64,000 nt of DNA from an uncultured Spirochaetales bacterium (GTDB taxonomy: Bacteria > Spirochaetota > Spirochaetia > DSM-27196 > DATKUC01): assembly GCA_964577375.1 (NCBI GenBank), contig CAZNYW010000017.1, positions 887 to 64,886 on the forward strand, in the 5' to 3' direction. Each line of letters opens with the position of its first letter. Positions within the stretch are counted from its first letter, which is position 1. The notes under the pieces are model-generated. The model was not told the DNA's origin. It saw nothing but the letters and a program-made list of their open reading frames with translations, and did no database searches. Below, one piece after another: positions 27,266 to 36,159 of the stretch. The position numbers and the translations under genes were made by a program.

Positions 27266-28468
27266 TTGAGCGGTCCTGTCGATCCCCCGCCTGGCTCCTT
27301 CAATCACTCGCCTTCCCGCGCTCAACCCGGAGCCGGTGGGAACGTGACCGCGGCCGGACGATCCGGCGGCAGCGGCGTCGCGCTCTCGCTCGGGAGAGGT
27401 GTTGCATCGCAGCTCAAGCCCGGTGAAATTGTAACTCTCCGTGTAGTACAGCCGGTAGCCGGCGGACAGTGGCAGGTAAGCCTTTCAGGAAAGCTTCTCA
27501 CCGTGACGGCGCAGGTACAGCTTCAGCCCGGCGCCGTGATGAGAGCCGTGGTCGAAAAGACCGCGGGTCGTGTGCTTCTGCGACTGATTCCGGACTCGCT
27601 GCCGGCGAGGATTTCACAGTCACTCGGTCTCCCGAATACTCCGCAGCTCGGTCTCGCAGTCGATGCGCTTTTGCAATCGCACATGGCGCTGTCTGCCGGA
27701 CAGGTCACCTCAGTCCTCAAGGCACTGCTGCGTCTCCGGCGTCAGGACGCCGGGAGTGCCCGCGTGCTCGCGCTGCTGCACGACCGTGGGCTGAGCTTCA
27801 CCTCGGATCAGGTTGAAGAGCTCTTGACGGCTCTGGAAGGCGCTCCAGCATGGGCAGGTGACGCCGATGGAGGACAGAGACGGAATTACCGCGAGCCGGA
27901 TGGGAACCACGAGGAGCCGGAATCACGCAGCCGTCCTTCCGCACGGGCCGGTGTCAGGGATGCCGTAGGGGGCGCGCTGCGCTTCTTTTGCGGCAGGACC
28001 GCCGGGATTGGAGATCACCTGTTGCAGCTTTTCAACCACATTCCGGCGCGCCATGACGGGTGGGTGGTGATTCCTTTCGGATACGCGGTGACGGAGCGCA
28101 GCGGGGTGCGCGCGCAGGAGGAAATGAGCGTCAATGGAAGTCTGCGGTTGCATGTCACCACGCAGACAGCCAGATCGGTCGGCCCGGAAGTGGACAGCGC
28201 CCGGCTCTACGTCAGCTGTGGCGGCTCGAGCTGGCTCTTCGGCTGGCCGCTCGATGGAGATCGAGAGCCAGGGAACCCGGCCGAGACGCGGCGCATGGAA
28301 ATACACACGGATGCGGAGCCCGGCCGCGCTTCGCTGCGGGAGCTCTTTGCGACGGTGCGCAGGCTTGGCTTCGTACCCCCGGCGTCGCTGTTGCCGCTGA
28401 GCAATTCCGACGGGTTTTCGGTGGGCGAACCGGAGCGTGGAGCCTTCGAGGTCAACGAAAGTCTCTGA
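27266..28468 (+). CDS. Hypothetical protein, possibly FliK-like (YlqG-position) partner of the downstream FlhB-C-like protein
   Basis: TTG start. The N-terminal LKPGEIVTLRVVQPVAGGQWQVSLSGKLLTVTAQVQLQPG pattern resembles proteins annotated as hook-length-control-like. Assignment is weak and rests mainly on context. Confidence 0.4.
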   Translation: MSGPVDPPPGSFNHSPSRAQPGAGGNVTAAGRSGGSGVALSLGRGVASQLKPGEIVTLRVVQPVAGGQWQVSLSGKLLTVTAQVQLQPGAVMRAVVEKTAGRVLLRLIPDSLPARISQSLGLPNTPQLGLAVDALLQSHMALSAGQVTSVLKALLRLRRQDAGSARVLALLHDRGLSFTSDQVEELLTALEGAPAWAGDADGGQRRNYREPDGNHEEPESRSRPSARAGVRDAVGGALRFFCGRTAGIGDHLLQLFNHIPARHDGWVVIPFGYAVTERSGVRAQEEMSVNGSLRLHVTTQTARSVGPEVDSARLYVSCGGSSWLFGWPLDGDREPGNPAETRRMEIHTDAEPGRASLRELFATVRRLGFVPPASLLPLSNSDGFSVGEPERGAFEVNESL

Positions 28469-28492
28469 ACAGGGGAGTGAGGCGGTCAAGGC

Positions 28493-28747
28493 GTGAAGAA
28501 ATCAGTTGCGATCCGGTACGAAAAGGGTCTTCCGGCGCCGTTTATTCTGGCGAAGGGGAGGGAGCAGCTTGCCGACCGGATCGTGGAGCTCGCGGAGGCG
28601 AACGGAGTTCCGATCGTCGAACGGACGGAGCTCGCCGAGGCGCTGTACATGGTGGATGCAGGCGCGTTTCTTCCGGACCAGTTTTTCGAAACCGTTGCAG
28701 AATTGCTGGTTTTCGTGCAGAATGTCGGGAAAGGGCGAAGAAGGTAG
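28493..28747 (+). CDS. FlhB C-terminal-domain-like protein (EscU/YscU/HrcU switch-domain family, YlqH-like)
   Basis: VAIRYEKGLPAPFILAKGREQLADRIVELAEANGVPIVERTELAEALY matches the FlhB segment that follows the NPTH autocleavage site. 84 aa with no TM region. Confidence 0.85.
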   Translation: MKKSVAIRYEKGLPAPFILAKGREQLADRIVELAEANGVPIVERTELAEALYMVDAGAFLPDQFFETVAELLVFVQNVGKGRRR

Positions 28748-28753
28748 TCACTG

Positions 28754-29914
28754 ATGCGCAGTATCAAGCTCTCCGAGTTGAAAGCCGGAATGAGATTCGA
28801 TCAACCAGTCTACATCGACGGGGTGAACCTTCTGGTGCCCGAAGACGTCCCGATAAAGGAAAAGGACCTTGAGCGGCTCCGTCGATGGAACATCGACGAG
28901 GTGAGCACCGATGGAAAGGTGGTCGACCCCGGCGGAAGGGACGACTCGACAAGCGTGATAGGCGGAACAACGGTCGCGCCGGGTCAGCATCAGGTGATGG
29001 GAGTTTACTCGAAGCTGGCAACCCGCCTTGCCGGGATCCACTCCTCGGTGAAGCGGCAGCAGGACGTTGATTCGTCGGATATTGACGCGGTGGTCGATAC
29101 CCTTTTTGCCTCGCTTCGCACGGACAAGAACGACATGATTCAGTACATCCTGTATGGCCTGCAGGGTGAGTCCGGCTTCGTGGAAAATGCGCTCAACTGT
29201 GCCGTTCTTGCGACCCTGGTCGGCATGAACATGAACATGGTTCAGCACAAGCTGCTGCATCTGGCGACGGGAGCGCTTCTGCACGACATAGGGATGCTGA
29301 GGCTGCCGGACGCGATCGTCTCCAAGCGGGGCGAGCTCACGCGTGAAGAGCGGCAGACTATTGCGACGCATCCGATACACTCCTACAAGATCATAACGCG
29401 TGAGATGAAGTTCCCCGATGAAATCGGTATCGTCGCCCTGCAGCACCAGGAAAGGTGGGACGGCGAAGGTTATCCGAAGGGACTTTCCGGGAAGGATATA
29501 GCGCTGCCGGCACGCATAGTTGCGGTTGCGGACTCATTCGAGGCGATGGTCAGCAAACGCCCCTATCGCAATTCCATGATCGGCTACGCTGCGATGCGGG
29601 CGATCCTTTCGGACAATGCGCGGCGGTTCGATCCGGCCGTGCTGAAGTCCTTTATCCGTACAATGGGGATCTATCCGATCGGGAGCGTTGTGCTGCTCAG
29701 CAATTCGTGCGTCGGGCGGGTCATTGAAACGAACCCGGAATCTCCACTGCGTCCCCAGATCAAGATCATGATCGACGATGTCGGCAGGGAGTACCGCAAG
29801 GATGAGGGAGAGGTGATCGACCTTATGCACGAAAAGAAGGTGTTCATTGCCCGGGCAGTCGATCCCAAGGAGAAAAGCGAAGCGTCCGCCGGGGGAGCCG
29901 GAAACAACGGTTGA
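28754..29914 (+). CDS. HD-GYP domain protein (probable c-di-GMP phosphodiesterase)
   Basis: HDIGM and HP..SY motifs, and HQERWDGEGYPKG (GYP motif). Confidence 0.9.
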   Translation: MRSIKLSELKAGMRFDQPVYIDGVNLLVPEDVPIKEKDLERLRRWNIDEVSTDGKVVDPGGRDDSTSVIGGTTVAPGQHQVMGVYSKLATRLAGIHSSVKRQQDVDSSDIDAVVDTLFASLRTDKNDMIQYILYGLQGESGFVENALNCAVLATLVGMNMNMVQHKLLHLATGALLHDIGMLRLPDAIVSKRGELTREERQTIATHPIHSYKIITREMKFPDEIGIVALQHQERWDGEGYPKGLSGKDIALPARIVAVADSFEAMVSKRPYRNSMIGYAAMRAILSDNARRFDPAVLKSFIRTMGIYPIGSVVLLSNSCVGRVIETNPESPLRPQIKIMIDDVGREYRKDEGEVIDLMHEKKVFIARAVDPKEKSEASAGGAGNNG

Positions 29915-29920
29915 CCCGGC

Positions 29921-30304
29921 ATGAAGGCGCTCCGGTCGACTCGCGAACGTGGCGCAGACGGCGAATCGGTCGCTGCGCGATACCTCGAGGAGCAGGGCTT
30001 CCGAATTCTGGAAAGAAACTTCAGAATCCGCCGGGGAGAGGTCGATATAATAGCTGTACGGGGCGAAATCCTCGCATTCTGCGAGGTGAAGACCTGGAGA
30101 TCTCTTCCCATGGAGAGCCTTGAACACGCGATATCGCGGGATAAGAGACGGCGGATCGTCACAACGGCAGCGTTCTTTCTGAGCCGCAACCCCAGTTTCC
30201 GGAACCACCAGGCGCGCTTTGACGTGCTCTACGTACCGGCCGGCGGTGGGCGGACGGAGGTCTGCCACATTGAGGGTGCGTTTGACGGAGACGGTGGATG
30301 GTAA
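29921..30304 (+). CDS. yraN: YraN-family endonuclease (UPF0102)
   Basis: GESVAARYLEEQGFRILERNFRIRRGEVDIIA...FCEVK signature. Confidence 0.9.
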   Translation: MKALRSTRERGADGESVAARYLEEQGFRILERNFRIRRGEVDIIAVRGEILAFCEVKTWRSLPMESLEHAISRDKRRRIVTTAAFFLSRNPSFRNHQARFDVLYVPAGGGRTEVCHIEGAFDGDGGW

Positions 30305-30462
30305 GGATCGCGAAACAGAGTGACCCGAAGAAGCTCCGCGACCTGAAAAGGCGAATAAACGATCCGGCATATCTGGCGTCAGCGATTCAGCGCATCGCAC
30401 AAACGCTCACAAATGAGCTCTACATGGGAGCAGAGATCAGAAATGGCCAGAAACAACAATGA
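30298..30462 (+). CDS. Possible 54-aa small protein, below the ORF-track cutoff
   Basis: The ATG at 30298 overlaps the yraN stop (ATGGTAA) and has GGAG 9 nt upstream. Translation is MVRIAKQSDPKKLRDLKRRINDPAYLASAIQRIAQTLTNELYMGAEIRNGQKQQ. No homology is known to me. Confidence 0.3.
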   Translation: MVRIAKQSDPKKLRDLKRRINDPAYLASAIQRIAQTLTNELYMGAEIRNGQKQQ

Positions 30463-30922
30463 CCAGCGTCGGCGCAGAGGCCGCCGCCGATCGAATCGAA
30501 ACTCGGACCGTTCCGTTGAACGCGGAGGGGCCGACCGCGCGCCGAAAGCTCCAAGAAGGGAGATCAACGCGGATGTGCCTCGCGAGGTCAAGTACCGGAT
30601 GCCGGATCCACCGCCTACAAGAGAGTACGGCGCCTGTCCAATCTGCAACCAGCCGATGCGCGACATACAGTCAGCCATCGCGTTTCCACCCTCCGATCAG
30701 CCTGCCCACTTCGAGTGTGTAATCAGGCGCATCGGCGAGGATGAGAAGATATCCGAGAGTGAGAGGGTGGTCTACCTTGGCAACGGCTCGTTTGGCATAA
30801 TCGAGGACCGCACCGCATCGGGGGAGTCAAAATACGTAATCAGAAAGCGGATTCAGTTCGAGGAGCCCGAGAAAGCGGTCGGCTGGCGCAAGGAGCTCAG
30901 CCCGGGAATATCCCGGGAGTAG
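30413..30922 (+). CDS. Hypothetical protein with an Arg-rich disordered N-terminus and a CPIC...HFEC zinc-knuckle-like motif
   Basis: ORF with coding-like composition. RRRRGRRRSNR stretch and a C2HC arrangement. Start is uncertain (ATG 30413 or 30443). Confidence 0.55.
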   Translation: MSSTWEQRSEMARNNNDQRRRRGRRRSNRNSDRSVERGGADRAPKAPRREINADVPREVKYRMPDPPPTREYGACPICNQPMRDIQSAIAFPPSDQPAHFECVIRRIGEDEKISESERVVYLGNGSFGIIEDRTASGESKYVIRKRIQFEEPEKAVGWRKELSPGISRE

Positions 30923-30942
30923 ACCCGGCGGAGTCCCGTTTC

Positions 30943-31776
30943 CTACCTGTTCTTTGCATCCCTGATAAGATTCATGACCTCGATGGCGCGGGCGCGGACC
31001 TGTGAAGCGTAGGAACCGAGGGCGACCTCGGCGACCGCCTGAAACAGGCCCGGATCCCGGAGGTCGGGAGCGGTGTAGACTGGGTTCTTGATGCCGGGGA
31101 CCTCGGGACGCCGAGCGGCAGTGTAGACCGTGGCGACTGCATCGAGCGTTGCGAGCGCAAGCCGGTCGTCTCTCCACCGGGCGTTGTTGGACGCAAGCAG
31201 CTCTCGCAGCATGGAAATCTCATCTCTGGTGGGCTCCGGTGTGAGCCGGACTACGGCAACGACGGCAGCTGCCCGAACGTCGGGGCTTGGATCCGAGATG
31301 CATATCTGTTTGACCTCACTCAGAGCATCGGCTCCGCCGATTTGTGCCAGCAGCTCTACCGCGCGTGCCCGGAGGATCGGGTAGTCGTTGGCAATGGTGG
31401 CTCCCTTGCGAAGCTGTTCACGGGTACCCTGGCTCGCAAGCGCGGAGAGCAGGGAGAGAGCGCCCGGGCTGTCTGCGGTTATCTCTCCGGAATGAATGAG
31501 CGGTGCCAGAAAATCGAGTGCCTGCGCTTTGATGGACGGATCGTCGGACCGCGCCCAGTAGCCGGCGATCGCGGCGTCGATCTCTTCGCGGGTCAAAGGG
31601 CGTCCGGCGCCGGGGTACTTTACCCAGTCCGGCGTGGAACCATTCTCCGCGGTGTTCGCCGGCGCCTGTTGAGCCTGAACTGCTGCCGGCAGAGTCGCAA
31701 GCAGGAGCACCAGGCTGAGCTGGAGAACGTGTAGGAGCGCTGCGAATTTCCGGTGCGCGGACGCGGGGACGGGCAC
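30943..31776 (-). CDS. Secreted HEAT/PBS-lyase-repeat protein
   Basis: Start reassigned to in-frame GTG 31776 so that a signal peptide ([28 protein letters not shown]) is N-terminal and overlap with the coaD promoter is avoided. HEAT-like repeats ([33 protein letters not shown]). Confidence 0.6.
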   Translation of the reverse strand: MPVPASAHRKFAALLHVLQLSLVLLLATLPAAVQAQQAPANTAENGSTPDWVKYPGAGRPLTREEIDAAIAGYWARSDDPSIKAQALDFLAPLIHSGEITADSPGALSLLSALASQGTREQLRKGATIANDYPILRARAVELLAQIGGADALSEVKQICISDPSPDVRAAAVVAVVRLTPEPTRDEISMLRELLASNNARWRDDRLALATLDAVATVYTAARRPEVPGIKNPVYTAPDLRDPGLFQAVAEVALGSYASQVRARAIEVMNLIRDAKNR

Positions 31777-31835
31777 GGGGATAGTATACGTCCGCCCGGT
31801 TGACGGTGTCAAAACGGCGCGAGATCGGCCCTTTG

Positions 31836-31864
31836 TTGACCCCTGCCCATTCTCCCGGTACAAT
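31836..31864 (+). promoter_or_regulatory. Candidate promoter TTGACC-N17-TACAAT, ending 6 nt before the coaD ATG
   Basis: Good hexamers and spacing read from the sequence. They imply a leaderless or near-leaderless coaD mRNA. Confidence 0.55.
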
Positions 31865-31870
31865 GGAGCG

Positions 31871-32365
31871 ATGCTGAGGGCGCTGTTTCCGGGGTCCTTC
31901 GACCCGCCCACAAATGGCCATCTGAACCTCATCCAGCGCGCTTGCGGCATCTACGATCACATTCACGTGGTCATTGCGGTCAACCCGACGAAGGAGTACA
32001 CCTTTACGGCCGAAGAGCGTCTTCACATGATGCGCGAGCTGCTGAAGGGATATGACAACGTAGATGTGGAGCTCTGGGACAAGCTCATCGTCGAGTACGC
32101 CGAAAAGGTGGGAGCGCGACTGATGATCCGCGGCGTTCGCGCACTTGCCGATTTCAGCTACGAGTTCGAGCTTTCGATGGTCAACAAGGGCTTGAACAGC
32201 GGCATCGAAACGATTTTCATGCCTACAGACCCGCAGTATTTTGTGCTGCGATCTTCTCAGATCAAGGAACTTGCCCGTCTGGGCGGTGATATCTCCACTA
32301 TGGTGCCTGACATGGTCGCCGAGGCGCTCCGGAAGAAGGTTTTCCGGCAGTCGGAAGTGCATTAA
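31871..32365 (+). CDS. coaD: Phosphopantetheine adenylyltransferase
   Basis: [16 protein letters not shown] nucleotidyltransferase motif and ...ISSTMV-like C-terminal motif (ISTMVPD). Confidence 0.95.
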   Translation: MLRALFPGSFDPPTNGHLNLIQRACGIYDHIHVVIAVNPTKEYTFTAEERLHMMRELLKGYDNVDVELWDKLIVEYAEKVGARLMIRGVRALADFSYEFELSMVNKGLNSGIETIFMPTDPQYFVLRSSQIKELARLGGDISTMVPDMVAEALRKKVFRQSEVH

Positions 32366-32384
32366 TCGGGTGGCGGCCGAGTTC

Positions 32385-32413
32385 TTGACAAGCGACAGTT
32401 GATCGGATAAGGT
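32385..32413 (+). promoter_or_regulatory. Candidate promoter upstream of rpmF (TTGACA-N17-TAAGGT)
   Basis: Exact -35 but a weak -10. Position fits the rpmF-acpP-rnc transcription unit. Confidence 0.35.
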
Positions 32414-32444
32414 TGGCTTCATTATCATTGAAGAGGGGTAACGC

Positions 32445-32633
32445 ATGGCCGTACCAAAGTACAAACCGTCTAAGGCACGTACCAGACGGCGAGGCGCCAT
32501 CAATATGAAGCTGACCGTCACAAATCTGTCGACTTGCAGCAACTGTGGTGCCAAGAAGCTGCCGCACAGGGTCTGCCCCAAGTGTGGTTTTTATCGTGGA
32601 AAACAGGTTATCGAACCGGAGCAGCTGGCCTAA
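32445..32633 (+). CDS. rpmF: 50S ribosomal protein L32
   Basis: MAVPKYKPSKARTRRR...CSNCG...CPKCG. Confidence 0.95.
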   Translation: MAVPKYKPSKARTRRRGAINMKLTVTNLSTCSNCGAKKLPHRVCPKCGFYRGKQVIEPEQLA

Positions 32634-32666
32634 TCCGGCCCAAAACATCGCTGAGGAGGAATCAGA

Positions 32667-32903
32667 ATGGACGAGCTTTTCGAAAAGATGAAGAAGCTGA
32701 TTGCCGACAAACTTGAAGTGGACGAGAGCAAGATCACGCTCGACTCCTCGTTCCGACAGGATCTTGGCGCTGATAGTCTCGACACATACGAGCTCGTGTA
32801 TGCGATCGAGGAAGAAATGGGAATCACCATTCCGGACGAAAAAGCGAACGAATTCGAAACCGTGCGTGACGCGCTGGACTACATCCGCTCGCAGCAGAAG
32901 TAA
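32667..32903 (+). CDS. acpP: Acyl carrier protein
   Basis: LGADSLDTYELV phosphopantetheine attachment motif, 78 aa. Confidence 0.95.
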   Translation: MDELFEKMKKLIADKLEVDESKITLDSSFRQDLGADSLDTYELVYAIEEEMGITIPDEKANEFETVRDALDYIRSQQK

Positions 32904-32908
32904 TTTCG

Positions 32909-33721
32909 GTGCTGAGTCTGAAGAATGCCAACCAGCACCGTGAGTTGTCTATAACTTCAGAACGAAAGAAAGAACTACAGCTATTCGAGAAACACGCAGG
33001 AATCAGGTTCAGGAGGCTCGACCTTCTGAACCTCGCTTTTTCTCACCGTTCGTATGCGAACGAGAATCCTGCGAATGTGGGGAACAACGAACGGCTGGAG
33101 TTCCTCGGTGATTCGGTACTTGGCCTGGTAGTAGCTGAGTACCTTTTCACCGAGTTGCCCGATCGACCGGAAGGTGATCTGGCAAAGATCAAGTCTTTCG
33201 TAGTAAGCGAAGAAAGCCTCGCGGAAGTCGCACGCAAGCTGAAAGTCGACAATTTCATCCTCATTGGCAAGGGCGAAGAGTACTCCGGCGGCCGGACCAA
33301 GAAGGCGCTGCTTGCCGACTGCCTCGAAGGTATCATCGGCGCCTATTTCCTCGACTCGGGCTTCAAGGATGCACGGAAGTTCGTCGAGCGCTACCTCGCT
33401 CCTGAAATAAACAAGGTCCTCGAGAACCGTCACCGCAAAGACTACAAGACCCTGCTGCAGGAGCTTGTGCAGAAGCGGTTCAAGACCTATCCTCGCTACG
33501 AGCTGGTGAAGCGCACCGGCCCGGACCACAACAAGACGTTCTGGATGGAAGTACACATCAACGAGAAGGTGTTTGGGCCCGGAAACGGAAAGAACAAGAA
33601 AGAGGCGGAGCAGAACGCGGCCCGGATTGCCTACCTTGCGATTGCGCACGAGCCGGAAAACGGCGAAGGGCCCTCACGGAGACGCAGGGGCGCGCAGCGC
33701 GGCGAGGGCGGCAGGCGATAG
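32909..33721 (+). CDS. rnc: Ribonuclease III
   Basis: ERLEFLGDSVLG catalytic signature and a C-terminal dsRBD (GPDHNKTFWMEV...GKNKKEAEQNAA). GTG start. Confidence 0.95.
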   Translation: MLSLKNANQHRELSITSERKKELQLFEKHAGIRFRRLDLLNLAFSHRSYANENPANVGNNERLEFLGDSVLGLVVAEYLFTELPDRPEGDLAKIKSFVVSEESLAEVARKLKVDNFILIGKGEEYSGGRTKKALLADCLEGIIGAYFLDSGFKDARKFVERYLAPEINKVLENRHRKDYKTLLQELVQKRFKTYPRYELVKRTGPDHNKTFWMEVHINEKVFGPGNGKNKKEAEQNAARIAYLAIAHEPENGEGPSRRRRGAQRGEGGRR

Positions 33722-33736
33722 TCACAGGAGCCGTCG

Positions 33737-35161
33737 TCAGCTTTCGTGCGGTGAGTCAGGCTTGACCTGCTCGCGGTAGAAGTTGCGCGCGAGCCGCAGA
33801 AGCGTTTCCTTCTGGTTCTGGGTGGGGTCGTCGAGGACGGTCTCAAGCAACAGATTCAAAACCACACCCATCAGCGGGCCCTTCGGTATTCCGGCGGCGG
33901 CGAGGTCGTTGCCGTTGATCTGGAGGTCGGCGATGGTCAGTACCGCGTCGGCGTGCATGACCCGCTCGACGCGGCGCGCAAGTTCGTCGAGGTTTGCGTC
34001 GGGCGTGGGCCGTCCCGTCTTGCCGTAGGTGTCGGCGCGCCTGAGCAGATAGAGCGAGGGCAAGGCCGATGCCCCGACGCGGGCGACAAAGCGCCTCACC
34101 GCTGCGTCGGACCAGTCCGGCTGGTAATGGAACATGTGCTGGCGTATCAAATGGCATACGCTGCGGATAAACTGGTTTGGATACTTAAGCCGTGTCAGGA
34201 TCGCGGCCGCCATCTCGGTGGAGACCTCCTCGTGATGGTGGAAAGAGATGTTTCCATCCTCATCGCGCGTATAGGTAGGCGCCTTTCCGATGTCGTGAAG
34301 GAGGGCTGCGGTGCGGACCTCGAGCATCTCGGCCGGGGCTCCGTCACAGGCGAGAAGCGAGTGATCGAGGACATCGAACTGCAAGGCTGGACGGCGGTTT
34401 CGAAGGGCCCGCGGCGGTTCGGCCTGCTCGATTCCTGCGCATGCGGCAAGCTCGGGCAGTATCTTTTCGAGCACGCCCGACTCGACTGCGGGCCTCAGTC
34501 CAAGCGATGGGCGCGACGATTCGAGAATGCGGTTCAGCTCTTCGCGGATGCGCTCGGCTGACACCGCGTCGAGCCGGTCGCGGCACCGGCCTATCGCCTT
34601 GAAGGTTTCCGGCTCAATTTCAAACCCGAGCTGGGCGGCAAAACGCAGCGCCCGGAGCACCCGCAGGCCGTCCTCATTGAATCGCTCGACCGGGTCGCCG
34701 ATCGCCCGGACCGTTCGCCGGCGGATGTCCTCGATGCCTCCGTGCGGGTCCACGAAGGCCGCGGTCTCCAGATTGAGCGCCATCCCATTCATCGTGAAAT
34801 CTCTTCTCTTGAGGTCCTCTTCGATTGTCGAGGCGAAGGAAACAGCATCTGGATGACGTGAGTCGGTATAGCCCGATTCGGTGCGAAAGGTGGTGACCTC
34901 GAGCTTCTCCTTCCTGAAGAGCACGGTGACCGTGCCGTGCTTTGCGCCGGTGGGAATCACCCGGCGAAAGAGACCGGTGACCTGCTCCGGCGATGCGTCG
35001 GTTGCGATATCCCAGTCGGAAGGGTCGTTGCCCATGACGATGTTCCGGATTGCGCCGCCCACCAGAAAGCACTGGAATCCTGCGTCCTGAAAGACGCGGG
35101 CAAATGACTTGAGTGCCCGGGGCGGCACTACCGCGCGGCGCGGGTGAAACAGCGAAGACAT
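33737..35161 (-). CDS. cca: CCA-adding tRNA nucleotidyltransferase / poly(A) polymerase family with HD domain
   Basis: LVGGAIRN...DWDIAT head-domain motifs and HD motif LLHDIGK. ATG 35161 is preferred over the listed TTG 35197, which would lie inside the flaB terminator. Confidence 0.85.
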   Translation of the reverse strand: MSSLFHPRRAVVPPRALKSFARVFQDAGFQCFLVGGAIRNIVMGNDPSDWDIATDASPEQVTGLFRRVIPTGAKHGTVTVLFRKEKLEVTTFRTESGYTDSRHPDAVSFASTIEEDLKRRDFTMNGMALNLETAAFVDPHGGIEDIRRRTVRAIGDPVERFNEDGLRVLRALRFAAQLGFEIEPETFKAIGRCRDRLDAVSAERIREELNRILESSRPSLGLRPAVESGVLEKILPELAACAGIEQAEPPRALRNRRPALQFDVLDHSLLACDGAPAEMLEVRTAALLHDIGKAPTYTRDEDGNISFHHHEEVSTEMAAAILTRLKYPNQFIRSVCHLIRQHMFHYQPDWSDAAVRRFVARVGASALPSLYLLRRADTYGKTGRPTPDANLDELARRVERVMHADAVLTIADLQINGNDLAAAGIPKGPLMGVVLNLLLETVLDDPTQNQKETLLRLARNFYREQVKPDSPHES

Positions 35162-35168
35162 AGAGCGA

Positions 35169-35197
35169 ATTATACCCGGTTTGTGGTTTCTATACAA
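35169..35197 (-). promoter_or_regulatory. Candidate promoter TTGTAT-N17-TATAAT, ending 7 nt before the cca ATG
   Basis: Consensus -10 read on the minus strand (plus-strand ATTATA at 35169-35174). No Shine-Dalgarno before ATG 35161. Confidence 0.5.
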
Positions 35198-35223
35198 AAA
35201 GGGCCGCCCTTTTGAGGGCGGCC
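35196..35223 (-). terminator. Rho-independent terminator of flaB
   Basis: On the minus strand, GGCCGCCC-tcaaaa-GGGCGGCC is followed by C-TTTTT. It lies 26 nt downstream of the flaB stop. Confidence 0.75.
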
Positions 35224-35248
35224 TGGAATTGCTGCTCGGTAACCGGAA

Positions 35249-36121
35249 TTACCGGAAGAGCTGCAGTACCGACTGCGGTTTCTGGTTCGCCTGGGCGAGC
35301 ATTGCAGTCGATGCCTGGACGAGGATCTGATCCTTGACGAACTGGACCATCGCATGAGCCATGTCGGTGTCGCGGATTCGCGACTCGGCTGCCTGGAGGT
35401 TTTCAGCGCCGACCGCGAGACCCTTGCGGGCGTACCCGAGACGGTTCTGATAGGCGCCCAGGTCCGCACGCTGCTTGTTGACGATCTTCAAGGCCTTGTC
35501 GAGGACGCCGATGGAAGCGTTGGCCTTGTCGGGAGTCGAAAGGGAGATGAAGCTTGCGGTGTGGGGGAGGCCATTGGTGCTCTGGATACCGAGGCCCTGC
35601 GCGGTCATCGTTCCGATGTAGACGCGGATGCGCTGGTCCATGTTCGCGCCGATGTGGAACCACATGCTGGCGGTGACGACGTTCACGCCGGTGTCCCGGG
35701 CGAAACGGCCGGTCAGCAGGTTCATGCCGTTGAACTGGGCGTGGGACGCGATCCGGTTGACCTCGTTGACGAGCTGGGAAACTTCGACCTGGATTTGCAT
35801 GCGGTCTTCACTGGTGTAGATACCGTTCGAAGACTGTACGGCAAGCTCACGAATCCGCTGAATGATGTCTTCACTCTCCTGGAGGTATCCTTCAGTGGTC
35901 TGGATGAGCGAAATGCCGTCCGCTGCGTTCATCTCGGCGCGGTTGAGTCCACGGATCTGAGCACGCATCTTTTCGGAAACCGCCAGACCGGAGGCGTCGT
36001 CTCCCGCCCGGTTGATCCGCATTCCCGAGGACAGCTTCTCGATGTCCTTGTTCAGCCGCAGGTTGTTGAACTTGAGCTGCCTGTCGGCAAACATGGCGCT
36101 CAGGTTGTGGTTGATTACCAT
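35249..36121 (-). CDS. flaB: Flagellar filament core protein FlaB (spirochaetal periplasmic flagellin)
   Basis: [10 protein letters not shown]...[19 protein letters not shown]-terminus, [14 protein letters not shown] core block and C-terminal [23 protein letters not shown] Shine-Dalgarno. Internal ATG (codon 215) of listed ORF 35249-36763. Confidence 0.97.
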   Translation of the reverse strand: MVINHNLSAMFADRQLKFNNLRLNKDIEKLSSGMRINRAGDDASGLAVSEKMRAQIRGLNRAEMNAADGISLIQTTEGYLQESEDIIQRIRELAVQSSNGIYTSEDRMQIQVEVSQLVNEVNRIASHAQFNGMNLLTGRFARDTGVNVVTASMWFHIGANMDQRIRVYIGTMTAQGLGIQSTNGLPHTASFISLSTPDKANASIGVLDKALKIVNKQRADLGAYQNRLGYARKGLAVGAENLQAAESRIRDTDMAHAMVQFVKDQILVQASTAMLAQANQKPQSVLQLFR

Positions 36122-36159
36122 ACAATCCTCCTTGATTGTACCGTACGTGGGACGTGTTG

